A DNA stretch of 46,166 bases from Oscillospiraceae bacterium (GCA_045634285.1 JAZQZW010000029.1:1-46166), one strand, 5' to 3'; numbered from the stretch's first letter, positions 28,066 through 38,465 are shown. Numbers and translations: made by a program. The notes: generated from the letters alone by a model not told the origin.

Positions 28066-28750
28066 TTTCAGCTATATCGATGAAAATTACAGGCGTATAT
28101 CCTTTGAAGTCGCAGAAGCGGTTGCAAAGTACAGAAGGCCTGAGGAAAAAGTTGATATAATGGCTGTTACAAAAACCGTTGATCCTGCTGCGGTAAATCA
28201 TGCGGCAGAGCTTGGAATAAAGCTTCTGGGTGAAAATCGTGTACAGGAATATCTTTCAAAAAAAGATTTGTACAATAAGGATACAGAGGTTCAGTTTATC
28301 GGTCATCTTCAGACCAATAAAGTGAAATATATAATTGACAGTGTTTCTGTTATACAGTCGGTTGACAGCATAAAGCTTGCAAAGGAAATCGACAGACAGG
28401 CACAGAAAATCGGCAAGGTACAGAATGTACTCGTCGAAGTAAATATTGGTAACGAGGAATCAAAGGGCGGAATTGATGAAAACTGTCTTAAAGAGCTTCT
28501 TTACGAGTCAGCCGAAATGAAAAATATAAAGGTATGCGGTCTTATGGCGATTCCGCCTATTGAGAATGCAGAAAAATTTCTTTGCCGCATGCAGCAATTA
28601 TATATTGACATTTCTGCTGAAAAGATAGATAATATAAGCATGGGCATTCTTTCTATGGGAATGTCGGGAGATTATATTCAGGCAATAAAATACGGTTCAA
28701 ATCTTATCCGTATAGGACGTGGGCTTTTTGGACCGAGAAATTACAACTAA
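28055..28750 (+). CDS. yggS: Pyridoxal phosphate homeostasis protein YggS/YlmE
   Basis: MAVTK, GENRVQE, FIGHLQTNKVK, GLMAIPP, LSMGMSGDY, RIGRGLFG. Confidence 0.95.
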   Translation: MAFDFSYIDENYRRISFEVAEAVAKYRRPEEKVDIMAVTKTVDPAAVNHAAELGIKLLGENRVQEYLSKKDLYNKDTEVQFIGHLQTNKVKYIIDSVSVIQSVDSIKLAKEIDRQAQKIGKVQNVLVEVNIGNEESKGGIDENCLKELLYESAEMKNIKVCGLMAIPPIENAEKFLCRMQQLYIDISAEKIDNISMGILSMGMSGDYIQAIKYGSNLIRIGRGLFGPRNYN

Positions 28751-28816
28751 GTTAACAAGACTTTATCAAGTCGGGCAAAAGAAAGAAATAAAAAATTGGG
28801 ATAGGAGAGCAAGAGC

Positions 28817-29359
28817 ATGGAATTTTTTAAGAACATCAAGGATTTTTTCGTACCACCTGAAGACGGTGATGAACAGTATGATGAAATGACTTATGGAAAG
28901 CCACAGCAGCACACATCAGGTGGCTATGAAAACCACAGTGGTGCAGGCTACGGTAGCTCATCATCCGAAAGGGAACGTGCGCGTGAAAATGATTTTGACA
29001 GCAGAAGCTATCGTTCAGAACGTTTTGACAGCGAAGAAATAAAGAGAAGCAACAAGGTTGTTAACATTCAGGCAACAGCACAGCTTCAGGTTGTTCTTGT
29101 AAAGCCTGAGGTATTTACAGATGCAAAGCAGATTGCTGATCATCTTATTGCTAAGAAGACAGTTGTATTAAACCTTGAAACAGCATCAGCAGACACTAAG
29201 AGAAGAATTATTGACTTCCTCGTAGGTGTTGCATATGCAAACGGCGGCAGCTTAAAGCCTGTTGCAAACATGACTTACATCATTACTCCGTACAATGTAG
29301 GCTTCATTGGTGAAGACCTTGTTGGCGAGCTTGAAAGCAACGGAGTATATATCGGATAA
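28817..29359 (+). CDS. sepF: Cell division protein SepF
   Basis: Amphipathic N-terminal helix, VVLVKPEVFTDAKQIADHL, VVLNLE, RIIDFLVGVAYA, YIITP. Confidence 0.95.
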   Translation: MEFFKNIKDFFVPPEDGDEQYDEMTYGKPQQHTSGGYENHSGAGYGSSSSERERARENDFDSRSYRSERFDSEEIKRSNKVVNIQATAQLQVVLVKPEVFTDAKQIADHLIAKKTVVLNLETASADTKRRIIDFLVGVAYANGGSLKPVANMTYIITPYNVGFIGEDLVGELESNGVYIG

Positions 29360-30121
29360 ATGGCTGACAATGTAGCTTTTTCTGAGGACAGGCTGTTTAT
29401 TTCAAAGCTTGGCGACATGATAACACTTTCTGAGAAAAGAGGAGCAGTGTATTCACTTTTTCTCAATTCTCATGAATGTGCGGTTGCACAAAAGGAATTT
29501 TGCCGCATCGGTTTTGAAAATTACCATTTTTACGGTGCTTTTGAAAATGCTGAAAGGCAGATACTTTGTGTATACAAGGAATATTTTTTACCTGAAAACT
29601 GTGATTTCCCTCTTGAGCTTGTGACATTCCGATTCAGACAGGAAAGCAGGCTTTCCCACAGGGATTTTTTAGGTGCACTTATGTCACTTGGAATAAAAAG
29701 GGAAACAGTTGGGGATATTGTTATAGACAATGGTATTGCTCAGATTGCTGTTTCAGAGACAATTAAGGAACTTATTGTTTCTGAAATAAAAAAGATCGGT
29801 AATACAGGTGTTAAATATGATGAACGCTTTCCGGGAGTTCTGATAAAACCCGAAAACTACAAAGAAATAGGCGGAACTGTGGCATCGCTCAGACTTGACG
29901 CTGTTGCAGGTCTTGCGCTTAATCTGAGCCGTGGCAAAATTTCGGGCATTATCAGGGGTATCGGCATTGAAGTAAACTCTGTGCTGAAAAATGAATGTTC
30001 ATATATTTTAAATGAAGGTGATATTTTTTCAGTTAGAGGCTACGGGAAATTTAAGCTTTCAGAAATTTCAGGAGAAACAAAGAAAGGTAGAATACACGTT
30101 ACTGTGTTGAAATATAGTTAA
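29360..30121 (+). CDS. ylmH: YlmH-family S4-domain RNA-binding protein
   Basis: LSHRDFLGALMSLGIKRETVGDI, SLRLDAV, SVRGYGK, TKKGR. Confidence 0.92.
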   Translation: MADNVAFSEDRLFISKLGDMITLSEKRGAVYSLFLNSHECAVAQKEFCRIGFENYHFYGAFENAERQILCVYKEYFLPENCDFPLELVTFRFRQESRLSHRDFLGALMSLGIKRETVGDIVIDNGIAQIAVSETIKELIVSEIKKIGNTGVKYDERFPGVLIKPENYKEIGGTVASLRLDAVAGLALNLSRGKISGIIRGIGIEVNSVLKNECSYILNEGDIFSVRGYGKFKLSEISGETKKGRIHVTVLKYS

Positions 30122-30134
30122 GAGGTGAGTGGCT

Positions 30135-30806
30135 ATGATTAGTGCAAACGACATCAAAGAAAGAAAATTTGAAAAAGCCGCATTTGGCTACAAGCAGGAA
30201 GACATAGACGATTTTCTTGCTGAATTAATTGTTGAATTCGAAGAACTTGACGCTGAAAGAGAAGATCTTCACAATAAAATTCAGATTCTCGCCGATAAGG
30301 TAAGAGAATACCGCAGTGATGAGGACGCTTTAAAGGACGCTTTACTCGGGGCTCAGAAGCAGGGACATCAGGTAGTTGCAGAGGCTCAGGAAAAGGCTGA
30401 AGCAATTATAGCTGAAGCTCAGGCAAAGGCACAGGCGTTAATAGATGAAGCTACTGTTCAGCATGAAGCTGCTATGGAAAAGAACAGAGCTGAAATCGAA
30501 AAGGAACATCAGAACCTTGTGGAAGCACAGAGACAGGTTACAGAATTCAAAAAGAGCCTGTTTGACATGTACAAGGAACACCTCGCAATGATTTCTACAA
30601 TGCCTGAAATTGAGATAGAAGATGAAGAACCTGTTCAGGCAGCGCCACAGACTTCATATCAGGAACCGCCAACACCGGATCCTTTGGCAACATCAAGCTT
30701 TCCTGCAAGAACAAGAGCCGGCGGTGAATCAGTATTTACCGGACTCCAGTTTGGTCAGAACAAAGCACAGAATACAGAGCAAGTAACCGAAAAGGAAGAA
30801 GTATAA
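30135..30806 (+). CDS. divIVA: DivIVA domain protein
   Basis: ISANDIKERKFEKAAFGYKQEDIDDFL followed by a long coiled coil; ATG 30135 after GAGGTG. Confidence 0.92.
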   Translation: MISANDIKERKFEKAAFGYKQEDIDDFLAELIVEFEELDAEREDLHNKIQILADKVREYRSDEDALKDALLGAQKQGHQVVAEAQEKAEAIIAEAQAKAQALIDEATVQHEAAMEKNRAEIEKEHQNLVEAQRQVTEFKKSLFDMYKEHLAMISTMPEIEIEDEEPVQAAPQTSYQEPPTPDPLATSSFPARTRAGGESVFTGLQFGQNKAQNTEQVTEKEEV

Positions 30807-30807
30807 A

Positions 30808-33573
30808 ATGGATTACAATAAGACATTAAATCTGCCTCAGACAGAATTCCCTATGCGAGGCAATCTCCCTAAAAGAGAACCAGAAACACTTAAAAAATGG
30901 GAAGATAACAGACTGTACTACAAGATGGTTGACAACAACAAGGATAAGCCTAAGTATATCCTTCATGACGGCCCTCCGTATGCAAACGGACAGATTCACG
31001 TTGGTACAGCTTTAAATAAAACACTCAAGGACTTTATTATAAAGCATAAGAATATGAGCGGTTTCTGCGCTCCTTATGTTCCGGGCTGGGATACACATGG
31101 ACTTCCTATCGAGCTTAAGGCTATGAAGGAAATCGGCGTTGAAAACGGTGCAATTCCTCCTGTTGAACTCAGAAAGCAGTGCAAGGACTTTGCTATGAAG
31201 CACGTTAAGAGCCAGATGGAACAGTTTAAGCGTATCGGTACTATCGGTGATTACGATGATCCATACCTTACACTCAAGCCTGAATATGAAGCGAGACAGA
31301 TTGAAGTATTCGGTGAAATGGCCAAGAGAGGATACATGTACAAGGGCTTAAAGCCTGTTTACTGGTGTCCTGATTGTAACACAGCGCTTGCTGAAGCTGA
31401 AATTGAATACTCAAACGATCCATGTACATCAATCTATGTAAAGTTCAATGTTACAGATGATAAGGGTCTTTTCACAGCAATGGGACTTGACCTTGCAAAC
31501 ATCTACTTCGTAATCTGGACAACAACAACATGGACAATTCCGGGTAACCTTGCTATCTGCTTAGGTCCTGAATATGAATATACACTTGTTAAGAACGGTG
31601 ACGAATACTACGTAATGGCTCTTGAGCTTGTAAAGACTACAATGGAATCAGCAGGTATTGAGAACTATGAAACAGTAGGTTCATTTACAGGTGCAGAGCT
31701 TGAACACATCAAGACAAAGCACCCGCTTTATGACAGACTTTCTCCTGTTATCGTAGGCGACCATGTAACACTTGAAAGTGGTACAGGTTGTGTACACACA
31801 GCGCCTGGCTATGGTGTGGAAGACTTTGAAGTATGCAAGAACTATGACGATATCGGTATTCTTGTATGTGTTGACTCAAAGGGTAAGCAGACTGAAGAAG
31901 CAGGGGAATTTGCAGGTCTTGATACAGATGAAGCTAACAAGGCTATCGCTAAGAAGCTTCAGGAAACAGGCGCACTTCTTGCAAGTCAGGAAATTACTCA
32001 CCAGTATCCACATTGCTGGAGATGTCACAGCCCGATTATTTACCGTGCAACAGAACAGTGGTTCTGCTCAGTAAACGGATTCAAGGATGAAGCTGTCAAG
32101 GCCATTGAAGAAGTTAACTGGATTCCTGCATGGGGTGAAGAAAGAATCAAGGGAATGGTTCGTGACAGATCAGACTGGTGTATCTCAAGACAGAGAACAT
32201 GGGGCGTTCCTATTCCGATTATTTACTGTAAGGACTGTGGAAAGCCTATCGTAAATGATGAAACAATCAAGGCTATCTCAGAACTCTTCCGTAAGGAAAG
32301 CTCAGATGCATGGTGGACAAGAGAAGTAAGTGAATTTATCCCTGAAACAGTTAAGTGTGACTGTGGCTGTGGTGAATTCACAAAAGAATATGATATCATG
32401 GACGTATGGTTCGACAGTGGTGTTTCACATACAGCTGTTATGGAACAGTACGATTCACTCAACTGGCCTGCTGACCTTTATCTTGAAGGTGCTGACCAGT
32501 ACAGAGGCTGGTTCCAGTCATCACTCCTTACATCAGTAGTGTTCAAGGGTACTGCACCTTATAAGAATGTTTGTACTCATGGCTGGGTAGTTGACGGACA
32601 GGGTAAGGCAATGCACAAGTCACTTGGTAACGGTGTTGACCCTATGGACGTTATCAATCAGTACGGTGCTGATATTTTACGACTCTGGGTTGCTTCTTCT
32701 GACTATCATTCAGATATCAGAATTTCACCTGAAATCTTAAAGCAGTTATCAGATGCCTATAAGAAAATCAGAAATACAGCAAGATTTATCTTGGGTAACA
32801 TTTCAAACGGTGACGGATTTAATCCTGATACAGACAGCGTATCATATAATGATATGCTTGAAATAGATAAGTGGGCTATTATGCGTCTTGACAGCCTTAT
32901 TGATAAGGTACAGGGCGGATACAACGAATTTGACTTCCATATTGCATTCCATAGCATTCATAACTTCTGTGTAACTGATATGTCTAACTTCTACCTTGAC
33001 ATTATCAAGGATAGACTTTACTGTACTCCTGAAAAGTCTGTTGAAAGACGTAGTGCACAGACAGCTATGTACAAGATTTTAAGTGGTATTGCAAGACTTA
33101 TTGCTCCTATTATGTCTTACACAGCTGAAGAAATCTGGGGCTTCCTCCCACATTCAAGCGAAGACAATGCAGAAAGCATCTTCTTAAACCAGATGCCTGA
33201 AAAGTCAGGTGTTGACTTCACAGATGAATTTATTCAGAAGTGGGATTTCATTTACGGTATCAGAGAAGCTGTTAACAAGGTTCTTGAAGAAAAGCGTAAT
33301 GAAAAGGTAATCGGTAAGTCACTTGAAGCCAATATTGTTATTCACTGTACAAATGATATGGCTGACAAGTACAATGAACTTGCTTCACAGCTCGCAGATA
33401 TCCTTATCGTTTCAGGTGTATCAGTTGCCTCAGACGCTGAAGGTGATATAACTTATGAGGTTGTAAAGGCTTCAGGCGATAAGTGTGAAAGATGCTGGTG
33501 CTACTCAGAAACAGTTGGCAAGAATGCAGATCATCCTACACTTTGTGAAAGATGTGCTTCTGTTATTAAGTAA
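30808..33573 (+). CDS. ileS: Isoleucine--tRNA ligase (bacterial type 1)
   Basis: HDGPPYANG, GWDTHGLPIE, WTTTTWT, GTGCVH, DWCISRQR, EGADQYRGWF, C-terminal zinc finger CERCW...CERC. Confidence 0.98.
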   Translation: MDYNKTLNLPQTEFPMRGNLPKREPETLKKWEDNRLYYKMVDNNKDKPKYILHDGPPYANGQIHVGTALNKTLKDFIIKHKNMSGFCAPYVPGWDTHGLPIELKAMKEIGVENGAIPPVELRKQCKDFAMKHVKSQMEQFKRIGTIGDYDDPYLTLKPEYEARQIEVFGEMAKRGYMYKGLKPVYWCPDCNTALAEAEIEYSNDPCTSIYVKFNVTDDKGLFTAMGLDLANIYFVIWTTTTWTIPGNLAICLGPEYEYTLVKNGDEYYVMALELVKTTMESAGIENYETVGSFTGAELEHIKTKHPLYDRLSPVIVGDHVTLESGTGCVHTAPGYGVEDFEVCKNYDDIGILVCVDSKGKQTEEAGEFAGLDTDEANKAIAKKLQETGALLASQEITHQYPHCWRCHSPIIYRATEQWFCSVNGFKDEAVKAIEEVNWIPAWGEERIKGMVRDRSDWCISRQRTWGVPIPIIYCKDCGKPIVNDETIKAISELFRKESSDAWWTREVSEFIPETVKCDCGCGEFTKEYDIMDVWFDSGVSHTAVMEQYDSLNWPADLYLEGADQYRGWFQSSLLTSVVFKGTAPYKNVCTHGWVVDGQGKAMHKSLGNGVDPMDVINQYGADILRLWVASSDYHSDIRISPEILKQLSDAYKKIRNTARFILGNISNGDGFNPDTDSVSYNDMLEIDKWAIMRLDSLIDKVQGGYNEFDFHIAFHSIHNFCVTDMSNFYLDIIKDRLYCTPEKSVERRSAQTAMYKILSGIARLIAPIMSYTAEEIWGFLPHSSEDNAESIFLNQMPEKSGVDFTDEFIQKWDFIYGIREAVNKVLEEKRNEKVIGKSLEANIVIHCTNDMADKYNELASQLADILIVSGVSVASDAEGDITYEVVKASGDKCERCWCYSETVGKNADHPTLCERCASVIK

Positions 33574-33593
33574 TATATAATTTGTAACCATAA

Positions 33594-33624
33594 AAAGGGG
33601 ACGTTTTTAAAAAGCGTCCCCTTT
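33594..33624 (+). terminator. Hairpin/terminator after ileS
   Basis: AAAGGGGACGTTTTT-AA-AAAGCGTCCCCTTT. Confidence 0.75.
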
Positions 33625-33636
33625 AATAGAAAAGAG

Positions 33637-34152
33637 ATGATTTATATTATAGCTTTAATTATAGCCTTCGTAGCAATTGTTGTTCTGACAGGTGTTGACC
33701 AGCTTATAAAAATATGGGCGATTGACAGCCTTAAAGGACAGCCGTCAAAGGATTTTCTTTCAATTGGTGATTTTGATATTTTAAATCTGACATACCTTGA
33801 AAATGACGGAGCATTATTCGGAAGCTTTTCTGGTATGAGATGGATTTTAATAGCTGTAACGGCTGCACTTATGATATTCTGTGGCTGGTACATGATAAAG
33901 CACAGCAAGGAAAAGCTGACCCTTATATCCATGACGCTTATTATAAGTGGTGGACTTGGAAACATTATAGACCGACTTTTCAGAGATGGCAAGGTTGTGG
34001 ATTATTTTGACGTTCAGTTTATGGATTTTGCAATTTTCAATTTTGCCGATTGCTGTGTAGTGGTCGGGGTGATACTTCTTCTTATTCAGATGATTTTCTT
34101 TGATTTCAAGAATGACAAAAAAGAAAAAGAGAAGGTAACTGAAAATGAATGA
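33637..34152 (+). CDS. lspA: Lipoprotein signal peptidase II
   Basis: DQLIK, NDGALFG, GGLGNIIDRL, VVDY, FNFAD. Confidence 0.95.
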   Translation: MIYIIALIIAFVAIVVLTGVDQLIKIWAIDSLKGQPSKDFLSIGDFDILNLTYLENDGALFGSFSGMRWILIAVTAALMIFCGWYMIKHSKEKLTLISMTLIISGGLGNIIDRLFRDGKVVDYFDVQFMDFAIFNFADCCVVVGVILLLIQMIFFDFKNDKKEKEKVTENE

Positions 34153-35050
34153 AGAAATTTTTGAAGTACCTGATGAGGCTGTGGGAGAACGCCTTGACAA
34201 ATGGCTCAGCACTCAGCTTTCAGACCTTACACGTACAGCAATACAAAATCTTATAGAAAACGGCGGAGTGCTTGTAAACGGAAAAACAGTTGCAAAAAAC
34301 TACAAGCAAAGATCGGGAGACAGTATAACCGTTACAATTCCGGAGCCTGTGGAGCTTAACACAGAGCCTGAAAATATTCCCCTTGATATTGTTTATGAGG
34401 ACGAAAGCTTACTTGTAGTCAACAAGCCAAAGGGAATGGTTGTGCATCCTGCACCGGGAAATTACAGTGGTACCCTTGTAAATGCTCTTCTTTATCATTG
34501 CGGTGACAGCCTTTCGGGTATCAATGGCGTAATCAGACCGGGAATTGTCCATCGAATAGACAAAAACACAAGTGGACTTTTAATCGTTGCAAAAACAGAT
34601 ACGGCACACAAGCACCTTGCAGAGCAGATTAAGGAACACAGCTTTACAAGGGAATATGAATGTGTGGCATGCGGTAAATTCAGAGAGCCAGAGGGAACGG
34701 TAAATGCTCCCATAGGCAGAAATCCAAACGACCGTAAGAAAATGTGTGTGACGGATAAAAACTCAAAAAATGCAGTAACGCATTACAGCGTTATAGAGCA
34801 GTTTGAAAAATATGCCCACGTAAAATGTATCCTTGAAACAGGAAGAACACATCAGATAAGAGTTCACCTTTCCTATAAGGGTCATGCCGTTCTTGGTGAT
34901 GACGTTTATGGAAAGGCTTTCAAGGGAATTGACGGTCAGTGTCTTCATGCGAAAAAAATCGGTTTTATACACCCTGTAACACAGGAGTATATGGAATTTG
35001 ACAGTGAGCTTCCCGAATATTTTAATGAAGTATTAAGAAAGGTTAAGTAG
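34145..35050 (+). CDS. rluD: RluA/RluD-family pseudouridine synthase
   Basis: S4 domain (RLDKWL), VNKPKGMVVHP, HRIDKNTSG, ETGRTHQIRVH; follows lspA. Confidence 0.9.
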   Translation: MNEEIFEVPDEAVGERLDKWLSTQLSDLTRTAIQNLIENGGVLVNGKTVAKNYKQRSGDSITVTIPEPVELNTEPENIPLDIVYEDESLLVVNKPKGMVVHPAPGNYSGTLVNALLYHCGDSLSGINGVIRPGIVHRIDKNTSGLLIVAKTDTAHKHLAEQIKEHSFTREYECVACGKFREPEGTVNAPIGRNPNDRKKMCVTDKNSKNAVTHYSVIEQFEKYAHVKCILETGRTHQIRVHLSYKGHAVLGDDVYGKAFKGIDGQCLHAKKIGFIHPVTQEYMEFDSELPEYFNEVLRKVK

Positions 35051-35052
35051 TT

Positions 35053-35865
35053 ATGCCTGATTTATCAAAATATTTTTTAATAACAGACCTTGACGGAACA
35101 CTTCTTCCAAACAATAAAATTTTGTCGGATATTGACAAAAATGCTATAAGGAAATTTGTGCAGGACGGCGGAAAATTTACCATTGCAACAGGAAGAACAT
35201 TGCAGTCAACTCAGAGATATATTGATGAGCTTGAAATAGAAATGCCTGTTATAATGTACAATGGTTCGCTTATTTACGATAATGTTGAAAAGAAAGTGCT
35301 GTATACAGATGAACTTCCTGTTGATGCTGAAAATATAGCCAAAGATTTGTTGAATTTCATGGAAAATCCTGGCTCTGAAATTTTAAGACTTGACAATATT
35401 TATATAATATGTAATAATGAATATGAGGAAGAACATACTCAGATTTGTAAGGTTAATCCTTTATATATGCCGATAGAGGAAGTGCCGAAGGGTGGATGGT
35501 TTAAAATTCTTTTTGCCACATCTCCCGAAGAAATCACTGAAATTGAGGAATATGTAAAGACAAAGGATTATCCTGTGGATTTTGTGCGTTCGCATGATAT
35601 ATTTATTGAAATGCTCCCTAAGGGTAGCTCTAAGGGTACTGCACTTAAAGAATATTTGAATATTATGAATATGAAAGATATTAAGGTTGTTGCGGCAGGG
35701 GATTATCATAATGATATAGAAATGCTTGTTACGGCTGACTGTGGTGCAGCTACTGCAAATGCCCAGCAGATTGTAAAGGATAAGGCGGATATTGTCCTGT
35801 CCCGTACAAGTGATGAAGGAGCAATTGCAGAGCTTATTGAAAAAATATACAATGGAGAAATATAA
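35053..35865 (+). CDS. Cof-type HAD-IIB hydrolase
   Basis: TDLDGTLL, ATGR, YNGS, SKGTAL, GDYHNDIEML. Confidence 0.93.
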   Translation: MPDLSKYFLITDLDGTLLPNNKILSDIDKNAIRKFVQDGGKFTIATGRTLQSTQRYIDELEIEMPVIMYNGSLIYDNVEKKVLYTDELPVDAENIAKDLLNFMENPGSEILRLDNIYIICNNEYEEEHTQICKVNPLYMPIEEVPKGGWFKILFATSPEEITEIEEYVKTKDYPVDFVRSHDIFIEMLPKGSSKGTALKEYLNIMNMKDIKVVAAGDYHNDIEMLVTADCGAATANAQQIVKDKADIVLSRTSDEGAIAELIEKIYNGEI

Positions 35866-36527
35866 TGTGGGGTAAGATGAGAAAATTCAGCGTACTGATT
35901 ATGGCGTCACTCATGATAATGAGCCTTTCGGCTTGTTCGGGTGAAAAGTCGGAAAGTACAGCTGAAAAGGAAATTATAACAGAAACAGTTCCTGTAAAGG
36001 AAATAACAACAGAGGCTGAAACTGACGAGGAATCTCAAGAAGAAACTGAATCAGAATATGATGAGGAAATTGAATCGGACGAAGAAACTGATAACGGTGA
36101 ACTTGAAGTTACATACACAGGTGCTACAAAAGAAATAGGCGATGAAAAATTCGGCTATATGCAGGTGCCTGAAAACTGGTGTATATTTGAAGATATAGGA
36201 GTTGAAAACACAACACCTATCTATCAGTATTGCAGTCCTGACAGAGAAAGCATTGTGACATTGTCTTATTTTGAGGGCATGGACGCTGAACTGATTGCAA
36301 ATGCGTATTATCAGGGTTATTCTGAAGATGATGTTGAAGAACTTACAGCAGCAACTGTAATGCTTGATGGAAAAACAGCATATCAGGTATACGGATATTT
36401 TACAGATATAAACAAAACTATGGTTACCTGGGTTATTGATGGTGATGACGGGCTTACCCACAGCCTTTCAATAGAATCCCAGGATTATGATATTTTTAGT
36501 CTTAGCGGAACATACACATTGAAATAA
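35865..36527 (+). CDS. Acidic lipoprotein of unknown function
   Basis: Lipobox LSAC after a hydrophobic signal, E/T-rich linker, C-terminal globular domain (MQVPENW). The start may be ATG 35877. Confidence 0.8.
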   Translation: MWGKMRKFSVLIMASLMIMSLSACSGEKSESTAEKEIITETVPVKEITTEAETDEESQEETESEYDEEIESDEETDNGELEVTYTGATKEIGDEKFGYMQVPENWCIFEDIGVENTTPIYQYCSPDRESIVTLSYFEGMDAELIANAYYQGYSEDDVEELTAATVMLDGKTAYQVYGYFTDINKTMVTWVIDGDDGLTHSLSIESQDYDIFSLSGTYTLK

Positions 36528-36552
36528 ATAGTGTAAAATTCAGGAGGAAAAA

Positions 36553-37392
36553 ATGGACGAAAACAAGAAGAAAAGCCTTATGGCGACAGCCTGTAAAGTC
36601 AGAAAAGGAATAATTGAGGGGACTTACAATGCCAAGTCGGGACATCCGGGTGGCTCACTTTCAATTTCTGATACTCTGACTTATCTTTATTTTGAAAAAA
36701 TGAATGTAAGTGCTGACAAGTCAGAAGACGCTGACAGAGACCGTTTTGTACTTTCAAAGGGTCACTGTGCACCTGTACTTTACTCAGTACTTGCGCTTAA
36801 AGGATATTTCCCTGAAAGTGAACTCAAGTCACTTCGTCACATCGGTGCAATGCTTCAGGGTCACCCATGCATTAAAATCAAGGGTGTTGACATGTCAAGT
36901 GGCTCACTTGGACAGGGTATTTCTGTTGCATGTGGTATGGCTCTTGCAGGTAAGCTTGACAACAAGTCATACAAGGTTTACACAGTTCTGGGCGACGGTG
37001 AAATTCAGGAAGGTCAGGTATGGGAAGCAGCTATGTTTGCGGCTCACAACAAGCTTGACAACCTTGTGGCAATAGTTGACAACAATGGACTTCAGATTGA
37101 CGGCCCTGTAACAGAGGTTTGCTCACCTGAACCGATTACAGATAAGTTTGCTGCATTCGGCTGGCATGTAATCACTATGGACGCTCATGACTTTGATTCA
37201 ATCGAAAAGGCATTTGATGAAGCTGCAACAGTTTCAGGCAAGCCTGTTGCGATTATTCAGAAGAGCGTTAAGGGTAAGGGTGTATCATTTATGGAAAATC
37301 AGGTTTCATGGCATGGTACAGCACCTAACAAGGAACAGTATGATCAGGCAATGAGTGAACTTGACGCACAGCTCAAGGAACTGGAGGGTTAA
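36553..37392 (+). CDS. Transketolase, N-terminal (TPP-binding) subunit
   Basis: SGHPGGSLS, DRFVLSKGH, LQGHP, GSLGQG, GDGE...WEA...DNN, WHG. Confidence 0.95.
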   Translation: MDENKKKSLMATACKVRKGIIEGTYNAKSGHPGGSLSISDTLTYLYFEKMNVSADKSEDADRDRFVLSKGHCAPVLYSVLALKGYFPESELKSLRHIGAMLQGHPCIKIKGVDMSSGSLGQGISVACGMALAGKLDNKSYKVYTVLGDGEIQEGQVWEAAMFAAHNKLDNLVAIVDNNGLQIDGPVTEVCSPEPITDKFAAFGWHVITMDAHDFDSIEKAFDEAATVSGKPVAIIQKSVKGKGVSFMENQVSWHGTAPNKEQYDQAMSELDAQLKELEG

Positions 37393-37396
37393 TGAA

Positions 37397-38338
37397 ATGG
37401 CAGATTTAGTAAAAATTGCAACAAGAGACAGTTATGGTAATGCTATCAAGGAGCTTGCCAATGAAAACCCGAATGTAGTGGTTCTTGACGCTGACCTTGC
37501 GGCAGCTACAAAGACAGGTATCTTTAAAAAGGCTCATCCTGACAAGTTTTTCGATTGTGGTATTGCAGAAGCAAATATGATGGGTGTTGCGGCAGGTCTT
37601 GCGGCTTGTGGTAAAATTCCGTTTGCAAGTAGCTTTGCAATGTTTGCGGCAGGCAGAGCTTATGAAATTGTAAGAAACTCAATCGGTTATCCTGGTCTTA
37701 ATGTAAAAATCGGTGCTACTCATGCTGGTATTTCAGTAGGTGAAGACGGTGCTACACATCAGTGTAACGAAGATATTGCACTTATGAGAACAATTCCTGG
37801 CATGACAGTTATCAATCCTGCCGATGATATTGAAGCAAAGGCGGCTGTTAAGGCAGCGGCAGAAATGGACGGCCCTGTTTACCTTCGTTTCGGCAGACTT
37901 GCTGCTCCTGTTTTCAATGACAATGAAGACTATAAGTTTGAAGTAGGTAAGGGTATCCATTTAAGAGAAGGCAACGATATTACAATCATTGCAACAGGTC
38001 TTATGGTTTATGAAGCATTAAAGGCATCAGATATGCTCAAGGAAGAGGGTATCAGTGCAGGTGTTGTAAATATCCACACCATCAAGCCTCTTGACAAGGA
38101 ACTTATCTGTAAGGTTGCTGAGGATTCAGGTATTCTCATGACAGTTGAAGAACACAGCGTTATCGGCGGACTTGGTTCAGCTGTTTCAGAAGCTGTTACC
38201 GAGTGCTATCCTGTACCTGTAATCAAGATTGGCGTAAATGACGAATACGGTCATTCAGGCCCTGCTACAGAGCTTTTAAAGGAATACGGACTCTGTGCTG
38301 AAAATATTGCTCAGCAGGTAAGAAAAGCATTAAAATAA
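37397..38338 (+). CDS. Transketolase, C-terminal subunit
   Basis: ATRDSYG, DADL, GIAEANM, GEDGATHQ, GPVYLR, TVEEHS; start ATG 37397 after GGAGGG. Confidence 0.95.
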   Translation: MADLVKIATRDSYGNAIKELANENPNVVVLDADLAAATKTGIFKKAHPDKFFDCGIAEANMMGVAAGLAACGKIPFASSFAMFAAGRAYEIVRNSIGYPGLNVKIGATHAGISVGEDGATHQCNEDIALMRTIPGMTVINPADDIEAKAAVKAAAEMDGPVYLRFGRLAAPVFNDNEDYKFEVGKGIHLREGNDITIIATGLMVYEALKASDMLKEEGISAGVVNIHTIKPLDKELICKVAEDSGILMTVEEHSVIGGLGSAVSEAVTECYPVPVIKIGVNDEYGHSGPATELLKEYGLCAENIAQQVRKALK

Positions 38339-38345
38339 AATAATG

Positions 38346-38381
38346 ATTTTGAGATATTGATTTTCAGTATCTCAAAATTTA
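38346..38381 (+). terminator. Hairpin after the transketolase genes
   Basis: ATTTTGAGATATTGA-TTT-TCAGTATCTCAAAAT. Confidence 0.65.
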
Positions 38382-38426
38382 AATCTTAAAAATAGTCAAA
38401 CATTTTAAGTGTAAAAACGGATATTT

Positions 38427-38465
38427 TCTGCATATATTGCAGATTTTAGATAATTTCAATAAAAT
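38427..38465 (+). promoter_or_regulatory. Candidate promoter with overlapping palindrome for the SPFH operon
   Basis: TTGCAG-17 nt-TAAAAT; inverted repeat TCTGCA-TATAT-TGCAGA over the -35. Confidence 0.35.
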
